Source: Macrostomum lignano (lineage: Eukaryota). Taken from it: a DNA stretch of 64,000 nucleotides. The translations under genes and the position numbers were made by a program. The notes below the pieces were generated by a model. It saw nothing but the letters and a program-made list of their open reading frames with translations. It had not been told where the DNA came from and ran no database searches. The stretch is from the NCBI GenBank assembly GCA_002269645.1, contig NIVC01000701.1, positions 124,001-188,000 on the forward strand. Direction: 5' to 3'. Shown here piece by piece: positions 37,401 to 50,153 of this stretch (positions within the stretch are counted from its first letter, which is position 1; each line of letters starts with the position of its first letter).

Positions 37401-37418
37401 TCGGCTGTGGCTGTCTGA
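34411..37418 (+). CDS. DEG/ENaC (amiloride-sensitive sodium channel superfamily) subunit, 4 exons, ~559 aa
   Basis: Exons 34411-34841, 35211-35523, 36365-36560, 36679-37418. STAHG pre-TM1 motif, W-containing TM1, FPELYFC, and TM2 FLADTGGLLGLYIGCSLLTLCE with GxS filter. Introns 2 and 3 need GC donors. Confidence 0.9.
35880..36270 (+). mobile_element. Degenerate 3' fragment of an RTE-type non-LTR retrotransposon in ENaC intron 2
   Basis: Broken frames give DLRRRRGLAWAAFRSVRPAMQS, IGDERVSNPALYER and PQTVQEALL, typical post-RT motifs of RTE-like LINEs. Confidence 0.65.
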
Positions 37419-37484
37419 GAGTGTACTGAGGGCCAGTTAGCCAGATCAGCCACTGTGGGCTCTTTCGAAATAAGTCTTGCTGCT

Positions 37485-37990
37485 GTCTCAGTAGGGGTTG
37501 GTGTTTCAGTAGGGGTTGGTGTTTCAGTAGGGGTTGGTGTTTCAGTAGGGGTTGGTGTCTCAGTGGGGGTTGGTGTTTCAGTGGGGGTTGGTGTCTCAGT
37601 GGGGTTGGTGTCTCAGTGGGGGTTGGTGTTTCAGTAGGGTTTGGTGTTTCAGTAGAGGTTGGTGTTTCAGTAGGGGTTTGTGTTTCAGTGGGGGTTGGTG
37701 ATTCAGTAGGGGTTGGTGTTTCATTGGGTTGGTGTTTCAGTGGGGGTTGGTGATTCAGTAGGGGTTGGTGTTTCATTGGGTTGGTGTTTCAGTGGGGGTT
37801 GGTGATTCAGTAGGGGTTGGTGTTTCATTGGGTTGGTGTTTCAGTGGGGGTTGGTGATTCAGTAGGGGTTGGTGTTTCATTGGGTTGGTGTTTCAGTGGG
37901 GGTTGGTGATTCAGTAGGGGTTGGTGTTTCATTGGGTTGGTGTTTCAGTGAGGGTTGGAGATTCAGTAGGGGTTGGTGTCTCAGTGGGGG
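37485..37990. repeat. Minisatellite, 18-bp unit GGTGTTTCAGTAGGGGTT, 3' of ENaC
   Basis: Visible tandem units. Confidence 0.95.
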
Positions 37991-39705
37991 TTTATGTCTC
38001 AATATCTGAGTGCAAAGTGAAGTCTGACGAGTTTTTTGGCACTTGTACGAGCGTAGTGTCAATTTTTAACAGTCTGCACCAGCATCCAGTCACATATTGT
38101 GCGATATTGCGTGCCCGCTAGTATATTGCGTAACCTAGAGTGTGGCTGTCCTGCATGTGAAAACACAAGTTCACTTCTAACTGTCTTATAAGTAGCGTTA
38201 ATAGTCGCTTAAATCGGTTTTACTTGATGAACATGCTGCCTCGTTGTCTCCTGCAATCTGTTAGTAAAACGTCGCACTCTCTACTCGAAGTAGTCGTTCT
38301 TGAACATTTTGAAGAGATTTAAATACAGAACTACAACAGCAGAAAATTTCGACTCAATTGCCAAGTTTGATCGGAGTCGCTTTAAATAGTCTCCAGTTAA
38401 CTTGATACCATATAATTTTCTGGACAGCTAATTGGCTTTGGTAATTCCTCCTATGCAGCAATAAATAGAGTCATTTTTTAGCTTTTCCGAATACCGTAGA
38501 CTGGAAGAAGCGCTGCGCGAAAAAGCTAAGCACTAATTGCACTACTAATTGAGTAGTTGAATCATGCATAGATAATAATAAAAGCTTGTCTAAGGCTGCA
38601 AGACTAGTCAAGTAAAACGAATTCGCGTGAAACCATCAAAAAAAAAACTTAATGAAAATGTGAGTTAAAGAGCTAAGTACAAATAAAAAACTAGAATAGC
38701 ATAGAAGCATTGCTGATTGAGTATGTAACTGGATTTGCTCAAAGGGAAAGATAATAGTCAGTAGCAGTACTGCTGAGTACTGGTTAGAGTTAGGAAAATC
38801 AATTAATGAAATGCGGACTTCCACATCCGCATCCAAGCATAGGTTAAGAGTTGCTAACGACACTTGCTCACACAAGTTCTCTGTCGCACAAGTTAAATAA
38901 GAGCTAGACTTGAGTAACAGTGAAAAATGAGTTTCTGATAGGAAAAATCAGCTTATATAGTAAATTCAGGGGAAGTTGGTGCGATCTTGTAGAAATTGAA
39001 TGCAAATTCGCTATAGTATTATCCACTCAACTTAATCCTAGGGCTAGGAGCTTTTAAATTAATGCATGTGATGGATAACCTCTGATAGGAGCTCAGATGC
39101 CTCTTCATTAAACAATTTGTGACCACTCGTTACCTGGTACAAAAGTCCTGGACAAGCGTGAATTTCCTATCAACTTGAAAAGAGAATACCATACTAATCT
39201 ATGTATATTGTTCCCCCGAAACAGGAATAATAAAGGGCATCACAGGACGACTACAGTGGGAAGGAAGCTACTCTCAGCAACTTTTCAGCCTTTTTGCATA
39301 GCGCAAAATGGAGGTTAACCATAGACATAATCCATTTACTTAGCATAAACTCAAGAGCAATTTCACCTAAATTTGCTATTCGAAAGTATATATTCGTTTT
39401 AATAAGCCCAAAACTTACTAATCCATTCTCTACAGCTAAAAACGGGCTTTCAGTGTAGCATCCTTCGATATTTTTGTTTTCTTAAGTATCAATCTTATGT
39501 CTGTAATAATCTTAAACAGCGTGCTGTAATGTATAGGATTTAACGTCGATCGATTTTGTAGTGCAAAAAATTCTGATACAATTTTGTTGCTAAATTTTTG
39601 TTATAAATTTCTGTTAATACGCGTTGTAACAAAAGCAAGGATTCTTGTCCAGCAACCAACCCACATGTCAGTCAGTCAGTCCGCTGCCCAGCCTCGCACC
39701 AACAA

Positions 39706-42700
39706 TCAGTTGCTGATGCTCACAGCTCGTCCGCCCCTGCGGCTGCTGCTGCTGACCTCGCGGGAGACGCTGACGGACCGGATCACGGTGCTGCCGCGAC
39801 GGACAGACATGGTACGCTCGGCGATGTCGGCCCGGTGCTCGGCCTCCTCAATCTGCTGCTGGGCCTTGCGGTACTTGCTCATGCAGATAGCGGACACCTC
39901 CTCCTGCGCAATGGGGAGAGGGATATCGAGGGAGATGTGACGGATCGGTAGTAAGCCCCCTAAGTCTGCTGATGATATAATTGTTACTATCTTTCATTTG
40001 TGGATTTTCTCAAATTATCGATTTGATTCTAGTTTTGTCCGATATTGGTCACAAGTTTGTCCAGCTGAAGAGTTGAATTCGTGAGAGTCTGAATTTTGAA
40101 CAGTGATTTATTCAGGCTACTAGTATTATCCATTTACTAGCGCGCCCGTACGCCTTGATAAGCTATGCATCAAAGCTATAAAACACGATGATAGTGTGCT
40201 GAACGCGCCATCTCTCGAACTCGTGGATCGTGGATGGAAACTCGGTTCTATTCTACAGCTTATACGAGCGTGCTGCCATTAGATAGATAGAGAGGTCGAA
40301 TCCCACGGCCAGGAAGATTTCAAAGGCAAAGAGTGGAGGCTGACGGATGGGGTGGCTGTAGATGCCTATCAGATGGGGAGGGGGGAGTGGGCAGGTAGTT
40401 TTAAAGTTAAACGCACTGCGCGCGCAATATTTCCTAACCTTGTAAAATCCTGGTCGCGTGGCGGTGACTGACTTTCTGGCCCCATGCAGGCTCTGTCGTT
40501 TTTCTCTCTCCCATCAACCCAAATCCTCTTCCCTGTCGCGTAATTGTCTGAGCTGCGTAGGCCGATCGATAGAATTCCCACCGCCTGCCTGCCTGCGTGC
40601 CCCCCCCCGCTGGGGACGTTTAGATGGGGATTCTGGGCCGGGCGGTTCGCGAATGCCAGCTGGCAACTGGCTTGCGGGCAGGAGGTCCCTATCGAGTTCT
40701 GACATTTCTACAGTTTGCTGTGGGGCTGGGACTGATGTATGGGGATCGGGAAGGTAGAGTTTAAGGAAGGTTGAAAGCGGAATTGCCATTGCCGAAACTT
40801 CAATTGACAACAAGCAAATCGTTCTTATTTACCTTTTCATTTTTTAAGAGGACTTACTCTCACGCGGAGCTTTATTTGCAAGAAAATGAAAGTTTTGGGA
40901 ACTTAATTTTCTATACTAACGTGATATCCAGTGTCACAAAGACATTTTAGAGTAACCGATTACAGAACAAGGACTTCTGAAGTAGACTTAATAGGGACTA
41001 TGCTGTCCTTGTGACAAAGATACTAAACCTTACGGCATCCAGTGCAACAAAGATATTTCACAGTAAATCATTGACTCAACTGTGGAATCGAGAATGCAAA
41101 ATCCGTGAAACTTAGATTCAACTTACCGACTCCTCAATCTGGCGTTTATATGCCTTGAGCTTGAGCTGCGTCTTGTCCAGCAGGTCCTGCAGCTCCATAT
41201 TCATTCGGCGCTCCTCTTCAGCCTGGGTGACGGCTTCCTTCGCTTGGCGCTCGAATTTACGAGCGGCAGCCACGCTGTCCTTGGAGCGGCGCTGCTCCTG
41301 GTCCAGCTCGGCCTCGAGATCGCGCACCCGGCCCTGCAGCTTCTGAACCATCCGGCGGCCCTCTCTGGTGGCAAAGGCTTCAGCCTCCTCCAGCTTCACG
41401 GTGATCTCGCGGATCTCAACCTGAGTTTGGAAGAGTAATTAACTCATATTGTGCCTTTCAGCTGGCCATAGGGATCATAAATACCACCTACCTCAAGCTG
41501 TTTGCGAAGCGACTCGGCATTTTTGTAGTTCTCCTGCTCCATCCGCAGCTCATCAGCCAGCCGCTGAGCCTCTCCGGCCAGCCGGTTGGCCCGGTCGGAC
41601 TCGGCCAGACGAGCCGACTGCGCCTCCTCCGCCTCCGACTGAGCGCCAGAGAGTTCCGCCTCCAGGCGGCGCTTGTCCCCGGCCAGGCTTTGCAGCTGCG
41701 CAGTCAGGTGGTCCAGCCGGCTGCTGGTCTCGCGCAGCTCAGCCTCAGCCGACTTGGCCTTGCGCTCCATGGCCTCCAGCGTCGTGCGCACTTGCTCCAG
41801 CTCGCTCTGGGCAGCGGCGCGTCGCTTCTCGGCGGCGCTGACAGCAGTCTGTGCCGCCTCGTGCGCCCGACGCTCTTCCTCCAAGAGTATCTCCAGCTCG
41901 TGTGTTCGCGACTGCAGCGACTTGACCTCCTTGGCCAGATTAGCATTAGCCCGGTTCAGGTTGTCCACCTGGGCTTCCAGATCGGCAGCCAGCGATTCGT
42001 ACTTCTTGCGCGCCCTGCTGATCTCGCTCTTGTACTTGGTCTCGATTTCCGTGATGGTCACGTGCAACTCTTCAATGGTCCTCTGGCTGGTCTTGCGGAC
42101 GTTCTCGAGCTCTGCTTCGCGGTCGCGCAGACGGGCCTCCAGCTCGGACTTCAGGGATGCCAGAGCTTGAGTCGTCTGCTGGTATTTGAGCTCAAGCTCG
42201 CGCAGAGCCTCCTCGGCATCCTGCAGCGAGGAAGACAGCGAATCTCGCTCAGCCTGCAACTGGTTACGCGTAGCCTCCGACTCAGTGAGGCGCCGGCTAA
42301 GGTCGCGGTTGCTACTGTTGGCGTCCTTTAGCTGCGAAGTCAGCTGGGCGTTCTCCCGCTCCAGCTGGTTGCGACGATCCTCCGAGGTTTGCAAATCTTT
42401 GCGCATCCGAGCGAGCTCCGATTGCAGCTCGTGGTTAGCGGAAGATAGACTGCTGTTCTCCGAGGTCAGCTCTTCCACCCGAATGGTTAGCTGGTTAACC
42501 GAAGACTCCGCTTGTCTAGCGCGAGACGCAAGCTCCTGATTGGCCGCCTGCAGAGCGTCCAGGTCGCTCTGAATGTCCCTCAGCTCAAGCGTCAGCTTCT
42601 GCTTGGTCTTCTCCAAATTGCTGGCGCGGCTTCGCTCGCGCTCCGATATGTCCTCAAGTTCTGTGATGCGGATGGTCAACTTCTTGCGGATCTCTTCATA

Positions 42701-44752
42701 CTCCTCGATCTTGACCACAATGTCGCGCTCGTACTTGGTCTTTGAGGCGGCCAAGTCGGCATTAAGCTTGGACAGCTGGGTGCGCAGGTTGCCTGTAGCC
42801 TCGCTCTCCTCCTCATACTTGGACTGCAGGTTAAAATAGTCCTGCTGCAGCGAAATCAACTGGCTCTGGATGTTGGTGCGAGACTGAAGAGCGAGTAAAG
42901 GGTTAAACAGTTACTGTTTCTCATTTCCAGGGAATTTTCAGGTAGCGTCAAGTCAATACTCAAAAGACGCTTACTCTAGTTTCCTCATCAAGTGTCTTCT
43001 TCATGTCCTCCAGCTGGTTATGTAGCGACGAGCGCGCCTTGCTCAGCGTGGCCGCCTGCGATTCGTAGTCGTGCGCCGCCCTCTGCAGCTCGACATTTTC
43101 AGTTTGCAGTCGGCTGTGAGACTCCTGTAGGGTGCGCAACTGCGACGTGAGCTCGTCGTTCTGGGACCGCAGTCGCATTAGCTGAGCCTCCAGGGCCTCG
43201 TATTTCGTTTCGAAAGAGTTCTGCAATAATTATGAAGAGCAGAGAAAGTAATAATCTTGCGCCAGAAATGAAAACAACTTGTACAAAGTATGCTACCTTA
43301 GCCTTAATAGTCATATCCAGCTGGCTAGCCATGTCGTCAATTTCCACCAGCATAGAAGTCTTGTCCTTCTCCGCTCGAGCCCTCTGCTTGTTGGCATTCT
43401 CCAGCTCACTAGTGAGCTCCGTGATCATCAAAGTGTACTTCTTCTTCACCGTCTGTTCCACGCTTTCCAGCTGGCTGTTGGCCGCCTCCAGCTCCTTCTT
43501 TAGCTTCATCGTTTCCTGATCCCGTCGGCGCATCAATTCCTGGGCTTGCGAGCTGACGCCGCCGGCCTCCTCAAGGCGCTCGTTCGCCGCCTCAAGCTGG
43601 TAGGCGTAGTCGTGCATGTTGCGCTCCGCCTGGTTAGTGTGATTAATGGGAAAATGTCCCTTTTTAAAAAGGATACACATAGGCGCTGCATTCCTTGTGT
43701 GTACATGATCTTGGTGGATATAAAGCCTGTAGACAATCCTTCCTTGTACTATGTGCTCCGTACAAATGAGAATTCAAATTGAGATGCATAAATTGGTGAC
43801 AATTTAACATGAATTTGAGATGACAAGAATCGAAGGTACATTCACTAGATTCACAATATTCAATTATGAGGAAAGGGTTAAGAGTATAAGAAAAGTTATT
43901 TTGAGTCGCTCAATACGCTTTTATTAATGCCTATAGTCTTTTATTTACCCGGACTCGTCCATCGCGCTCAATTTCCAGAAGATCTTCTAGTTCCTTAATG
44001 CGAGACTAAAATAAAAAAGCGAATAACTACTTATGAGTCGTTTGAACTTAAGTCGTTGATAAATATTAAGCCGGAAGCTAGTAGTTACTCACCTCCAACC
44101 GAGTCTGACTGGCAGGCGACAGGCCGCGGTAGACACTGCGACCAGCGAACGACGACGACCCGGAGGCCTCGGTGCGTGAACTCCTCGACATGACACCGCC
44201 CGAACTCATAGTTACCTCGGTGGTGGTCCTGGCAATGGGCACGAGTTCAGGAAGGAATAGCGGGGATGAATGCACAAATCGACGAAAGAATCGAGCGATA
44301 GCGACACTTTTAACCCGACCGAGGACGCTAGCTAAGGCTGTCCAGCGGCCAATCGTCGCAGCCAGGCAACAGCGCACCTGCTTGATTCTCTCAGTTGGTA
44401 CCTTCATCCCTATCCCTCACGGGACTTCGATCGGTTTTGCTTGGACAGATCGGATGCATTTTCGGGCGAATGACTAAGTCACCGTAGCGTATTCTCTGTG
44501 CGACCAGGTATTTAAGCTGGGATGGTGAACTGCATACTATCTAACCGCGAACCTATTTCTACATGATTTTGTGCTTCTATATTTGGCTATATATCCGCTT
44601 TGGATGTTACGCGTACTTAGCTCTAATACCTGAATAATACCTGTCTTTTAAAATTAGTGGTTCTTACACGTAAAACTTAGCAAGAAAACAGAGCAGAAAG
44701 TATAGAAAAGCTTTCTCAGCTGCACTTACCTTTCCACGGTAGATCGACTCAT
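39706..44752 (-). CDS. Prm: Paramyosin, 8 coding exons, ~890 aa
   Basis: Exons 44752-44730 (probable), 44228-44093, 44005-43949, 43629-43297, 43220-42975, 42883-41492, 41420-41127, 39903-39706; all GT-AG. Coiled coil without a motor domain; [60 protein letters not shown] and [17 protein letters not shown] closely match flatworm paramyosin as recalled. Confidence 0.97.
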
Positions 44753-47119
44753 TTTTCCTTATCTATTTGCGAAAGTAAAGGGCTAAGAAATCTATGGAGA
44801 AGGGATGTCAGCAGAAAGCAGAAATCACCTCCGAGTAGAAAATCTCAATAAATTTGGCTTAGAGTGTTTGATTGCAGCTTCTGACAGGCGCGAAAGAAAT
44901 TTTGAAATCCAGAAGCCACAGGCAAACTGGTGAACTTGAAATGCTAGATAGAAAAAAGTCAGAAAAATTCGAGCAGTTCGCTAGTAAAAGACAAAATTGT
45001 TGGACAAAGCCAAAGCTGCTGATAGTTTAGAAATATATGGAAGTCTGTGTGATTCAGAGAAGCCAGGTGGAGAAGGAGAGACTGCAGGAGAGGCGCCGGG
45101 GGCAACGGCTGGATGCTGGCTGCCGAATTTATATGCCAGCGGAGAAAGAGAAGATTCAGGATTTGGAAAGCGGGACAGGAACACAAATACACACAGACTG
45201 ACTGAGAGACGCACGGAGAGACTTGCAGATAGTCGCAGCCGAATTGCGTGTCTAGGCGCAAATCCACTCTAGGCGAAGTGAATGACGCGGTGTACACTAT
45301 AGCCAAATACACAGGCCGCAGCTGAAGACATCAAGGTACAGCATCACGCGGGGGGAGGGCAGTTCGCGAGAAGAGCGGCTATAGGCAGGCCAGTGTGCAG
45401 CAGGCCAGAAACTTGGAGAGAATGTCGAGGCGGCTAGCGGCGAGGTCTTTGCCAAAATGTCATCGCAAGCAACAGAGACAAGACATGTATACATTAAACT
45501 TCCAAATCCCCGCCTTTGTTAAAAAGTTCCACAATACCAACCACTGTGACAACAGCTGTTATGCGTCGATTTTGCAATTCCAAACTTAGTAGTATAGGCA
45601 TGGAATAAAAACCGATGCAGAAGGTCCACTTGTAAGAAGGCTACGGCATGCGCATCTATCCAATGTATTATGAAAAAATCTATCCATCCAAAAAGAGAAT
45701 GGTACTTGTATATTATTTCCACGGAGTATTGAAGTAATCTATAACGTTATTTCTAGTGGTCCTTGAACAATGCTAGTAAAATTCAGGCTTTCGGTACAAC
45801 ACGTGCAGACTAAGTCTTAATCTACATCCATTTCGAAAATGTTTCTCCAAAAGATATGAGGGGAGGAGAGAAAGTTCTGAATTGAAAACTGCAATCCCAG
45901 GCATGCCCAGGGAATCGTAGCCAGCTTGTGTTTATGCTATGCAGCTTATGCACGACTATCAGCGAGCGATCCTTGCGAACCCTAGGAATCAGATCGGAGA
46001 TAATGCTCATTTCCCACGTTGATCATGCCGCGTGACTACCGCAGGACGGCAAATACTGGATAGAGGCGGAGATGAAAGAAACGAACAGCTTTCTAAAAGA
46101 GCGCCATGCACCCACTCCACGTCTTAAAAAGCACCCATGATATTTTTCTGTGCATCTGTGATTTTTCAACCACTAATCTGGTTGTTGTTGCGTCTACGGT
46201 CTGCCGTAGTCATGCAGTGCGCCTTGACACGCAATGACCTTGCCGCCTCGTCATTCTCTTTGGCAGTCTAAGGCTCACTAGCTGACGAAATTAGTCAGCT
46301 TGAGTCTCTTGTAATACAATATTTCGACTCACTATTGTTTGCACAAAAATTCTACATTGATGTTTGCTTAGTAAAACCGTTTCTCTACTTCCAGTTCAGT
46401 AGTAATAAATCATGTGTATGCTATTTTATGCGAGTAAAAAGGAAGACAGTCGGAGTTACTTGCAGACGTAAACAGCCACTTTTCTATAGGTGTAACCGTA
46501 ATGTACATTAGCCCAGCACCACTGAAATGTACATGGCAGGCAGGCAGCTTTAGGCTGGAACAACCAGGTTAGAAAGGCAATAAAAATTGGGTGGCGGACG
46601 TGGACAGACCCGGTCTGAGGGGTAACAAATACATTAAAATGCTTCTAGATGTATTTGTAATGTAGATGTACTACTGACCTGACAGTAGCTTACACGCAAA
46701 TTTGCTGAGTGGCCCATCGAATTATTATACAATAGTATGTGGCAAGAACAAACGGCTCCTTTCGGCCTCCATGGACACAAAGCAATAAGCATAGAGCTGC
46801 CCTCTTAAATGGAAGCTTCTGCTTCTTCTTTTGAAGCACGTATGAACTTAAAGTCTAGATTTATAATTATATAGGCTGTTTCTTGGAAATATACTAATAG
46901 AATTAGACATATGACGCATTACTGACAGCTGCGTTACGCCAATTTTTTAACGTTTTACTATAGTTGATGATAACTTCATGATGCTACCTGTTCAAGTAGT
47001 GCAATAAAAATGTAAATAGTAATTATTTATAGTCTTAATTGGATTCTCACAAAACAACAAGATCTGTCCACTTTGAAATAATTCATTTAAACCAGGTAAA
47101 GTGGCTCGCTTGATGAAGA

Positions 47120-48671
47120 GTAGATAAATAAAGGTAAATATCAACATGAAGTATTATTTGAGTTGCCGATGCATTTCGTCCATTTGCATTAGGACATCGT
47201 CAGGGTCTTTTTATTGAGAAACAATTTGAACGAATATTCAGTATATATAGATAGTTGAGAGTAACAAGAGTAGTTGACTTGAGTTTTTAATTGATGGTTT
47301 AAAACTTGTACATAGTAAACAATTTTTGATACAGTATTGGTTGGGTAAAGTGCATATCAGTTTCAAGCCAGTCCGGTCATTGACAAATCAGCTAAAAAAT
47401 TCTGAGTTGACGGCTAGCCCCACCCATCGCAAGTTGGTTATTTAACGTGGGCTGTTTGGTCTTAATGTACAGGGCTTCTAATAGGCAGAGCATGTGATCT
47501 CTATTACAAAAATCAATAGCCTTAATCATTTCGTGTGGTTCAGCCTCACAACAAGAATTGCAGGTTAGCAGGTGTTCGTTAATAGCAGAGTTTTTTAGCC
47601 AGTGCTCTCTGACCCTCGTGTATAAGTGTCGTTTAGTTTTTCCTATGTAGGAGATGCTCTGGTCCTCAGAGCAAACAAATTTATACACGACACCAGCCGC
47701 GAGAGGACGTGGAACACTGGATTTCAACTTGCAGACAAACTTAGCAATCTTTTCGGTGCGAAACACAACACGGATTTGAGTGTTTAAGTCTTTACGGAGC
47801 AGCTTTTCTAACTTCTTTTTAAACTCTATAGAACAAACACCAAAGTAAGGCAAAGTGATCAAGGGACATTCAGAGGTGGAATCACGAACTTTCATCCGAT
47901 TAGGTTCAGTCAGTTTGTCATTGAGAAAAGAGTTGACAATTTTCATCACAAAGTTCTTAGGATAGCCATTGTAGCTGAGCAGATTGGTGAGGATTTCAAC
48001 TTCGTTGTGGAAAAGTCTCCAAGAGCTGCAAGTGGAAAAAGCCCGGTGAAGAAAGCAACGAATCAATCCGGTTTTCCATTGTCTAGGGCACAAGGCGTCA
48101 AACCTAAGCATAAGCCCGGTAAAGCTAGGTTTCCTATACACGCTGGTCGAAATAGTTTCATCGGTGGCGTCAACGTCAATGTCTAAGAAAGGAAGTCTTC
48201 TGCCTCCCCCTCCGCCGTGAATTTGATATTCTCATGAGTAGAATTGATTAACTTAAAAAACTCGTCCTTCTTAGCTTCGTCCTCAAAGATCGCAAACGTG
48301 TCATCAACGTAGCGTTTGTAGAAGTGAGGCGCACAAGGGAGGGCCATCCAGTCCTTCTCCCAGTGGGCCATGCATAAATTAGCGAGGGTTGGGGCGAGAG
48401 GGCTGCCCATGGCACACCCATCAATCTGTCTGTAATATTTGTCCCGAAAAAGAAAGATGCCGGAGGTGGCGAATTTGAGCATCTTCTTAAAAGTGGCTTT
48501 GGAGAAAGGAGGTGGATCGGTTTTTTCATACACAAGATCAGCAGCCAGCTCAATGGTGAAATCGAGAGGGATGTTGGTGAACAGAGAAACAACATCAAAG
48601 CTATAAAGCCTGTCAGTTTGATTAATCGTGGTATTGCTGAGGCTCTCAATAAACTGTTTATTGGATCCCAC
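47120..48671 (-). mobile_element. Penelope-like retroelement, left arm (5'-truncated RT + GIY-YIG endonuclease)
   Basis: SFDVVSLFTNIP, QIDGCAMGSPLAP, RYVDD, then GVVYKFVC..SYIGKTKRHLYTRVREH; 1-nt frameshift between RT core and downstream part. Confidence 0.95.
47163..47209 (-). ncRNA. Candidate type I hammerhead ribozyme (mirror copy)
   Basis: Reverse complement of 50064-50110. Confidence 0.65.
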
Positions 48672-48689
48672 ACAGTGCTCAGAAGGACA

Positions 48690-50153
48690 TGTTCACCAAC
48701 ATCCCTCTCGATTTCACCATTGAGCTGGCTGCTGATCTTGTGTATGAAAAAACCGATCCACCTCCTTTCTCCAAAGCCACTTTTAAGAAGATGCTCAAAT
48801 TCGCCACCTCCGGCATCTTTCTTTTTCGGGACAAATATTACAGACAGATTGATGGGTGTGCCATGGGCAGCCCTCTCGCCCCAACCCTCGCTAATTTATG
48901 CATGGCCCACTGGGAGAAGGACTGGATGGCCCTCCCTTGTGCGCCTCACTTCTACAAACGCTACGTTGATGACACGTTTGCGATCTTTGAGGACGAAGCT
49001 AAGAAGGACGAGTTTTTTAAGTTAATCAATTCTACTCATGAGAATATCAAATTCACGGCGGAGGGGGAGGCAGAAGACTTCCTTTCTTAGACATTGACGT
49101 TGACGCCACCGATGAAACTATTTCGACCAGCGTGTATAGGAAACCTAGCTTTACCGGGCTTATGCTTAGGTTTGACGCCTTGTGCCCTAGACAATGGAAA
49201 ACCGGATTGATTCGTTGCTTTCTTCACCGGGCTTTTTCCACTTGCAGCTCTTGGAGACTTTTCCACAACGAAGTTGAAATCCTCACCAATCTGCTCAGCT
49301 ACAATGGCTATCCTAAGAACTTTGTGATGAAAATTGTCAACTCTTTTCTCAATGACAAACTGACTGAACCTAATCGGATGAAAGTTCGTGATTCCACCTC
49401 TGAATGTCCCTTGATCACTTTGCCTTACTTTGGTGTTTGTTCTATAGAGTTTAAAAAGAAGTTAGAAAAGCTGCTCCGTAAAGACTTAAACACTCAAATC
49501 CGTGTTGTGTTTCGCACCGAAAAGATTGCTAAGTTTGTCTGCAAGTTGAAATCCAGTGTTCCACGTCCTCTCGCGGCTGGTGTCGTGTATAAATTTGTTT
49601 GCTCTGAGGACCAGAGCATCTCCTACATAGGAAAAACTAAACGACACTTATACACGAGGGTCAGAGAGCACTGGCTAAAAAACTCTGCTATTAACGAACA
49701 CCTGCTAACCTGCAATTCTTGTTGTGAGGCTGAACCACACGAAATGATTAAGGCTATTGATTTTTGTAATAGAGATCACATGCTCTGCCTATTAGAAGCC
49801 CTGTACATTAAGACCAAACAGCCCACGTTAAATAACCAACTTGCGATGGGTGGGGCTAGCCGTCAACTCAGAATTTTTTAGCTGATTTGTCAATGACCGG
49901 ACTGGCTTGAAACTGATATGCACTTTACCCAACCAATACTGTATCAAAAATTGTTTACTATGTACAAGTTTTAAACCATCAATTAAAAACTCAAGTCAAC
50001 TACTCTTGTTACTCTCAACTATCTATATATACTGAATATTCGTTCAAATTGTTTCTCAATAAAAAGACCCTGACGATGTCCTAATGCAAATGGACGAAAT
50101 GCATCGGCAACTCAAATAATACTTCATGTTGATATTTACCTTTATTTATCTAC
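48690..50153 (+). mobile_element. Penelope-like retroelement, right arm (inverted duplicate of 47120-48583)
   Basis: Identical translated ORFs on both strands; 1464-bp arms; same frameshift. Confidence 0.95.
50064..50110 (+). ncRNA. Candidate type I hammerhead ribozyme in the PLE 3' repeat region
   Basis: CTGACGA (50070-76), extra T, stem II GTCC/GGAC, GAAA (50096-99), palindromic ATGCAT stem III, AUC cleavage triplet; stem I is weak (CC/GG). Hammerheads in PLE pseudo-LTRs are established. Confidence 0.65.

Noticed and set aside
44959-46010. Short ORFs upstream of paramyosin
   Set aside because: No homology recognised; more likely promoter or UTR sequence.
48584-48689. Sequencing hairpin adapter as the cause of the PLE palindrome
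   Set aside because: No adapter-like sequence in the spacer, asymmetric centre, distinct flanks and a candidate TSD; an artefact is not fully excluded without reads.
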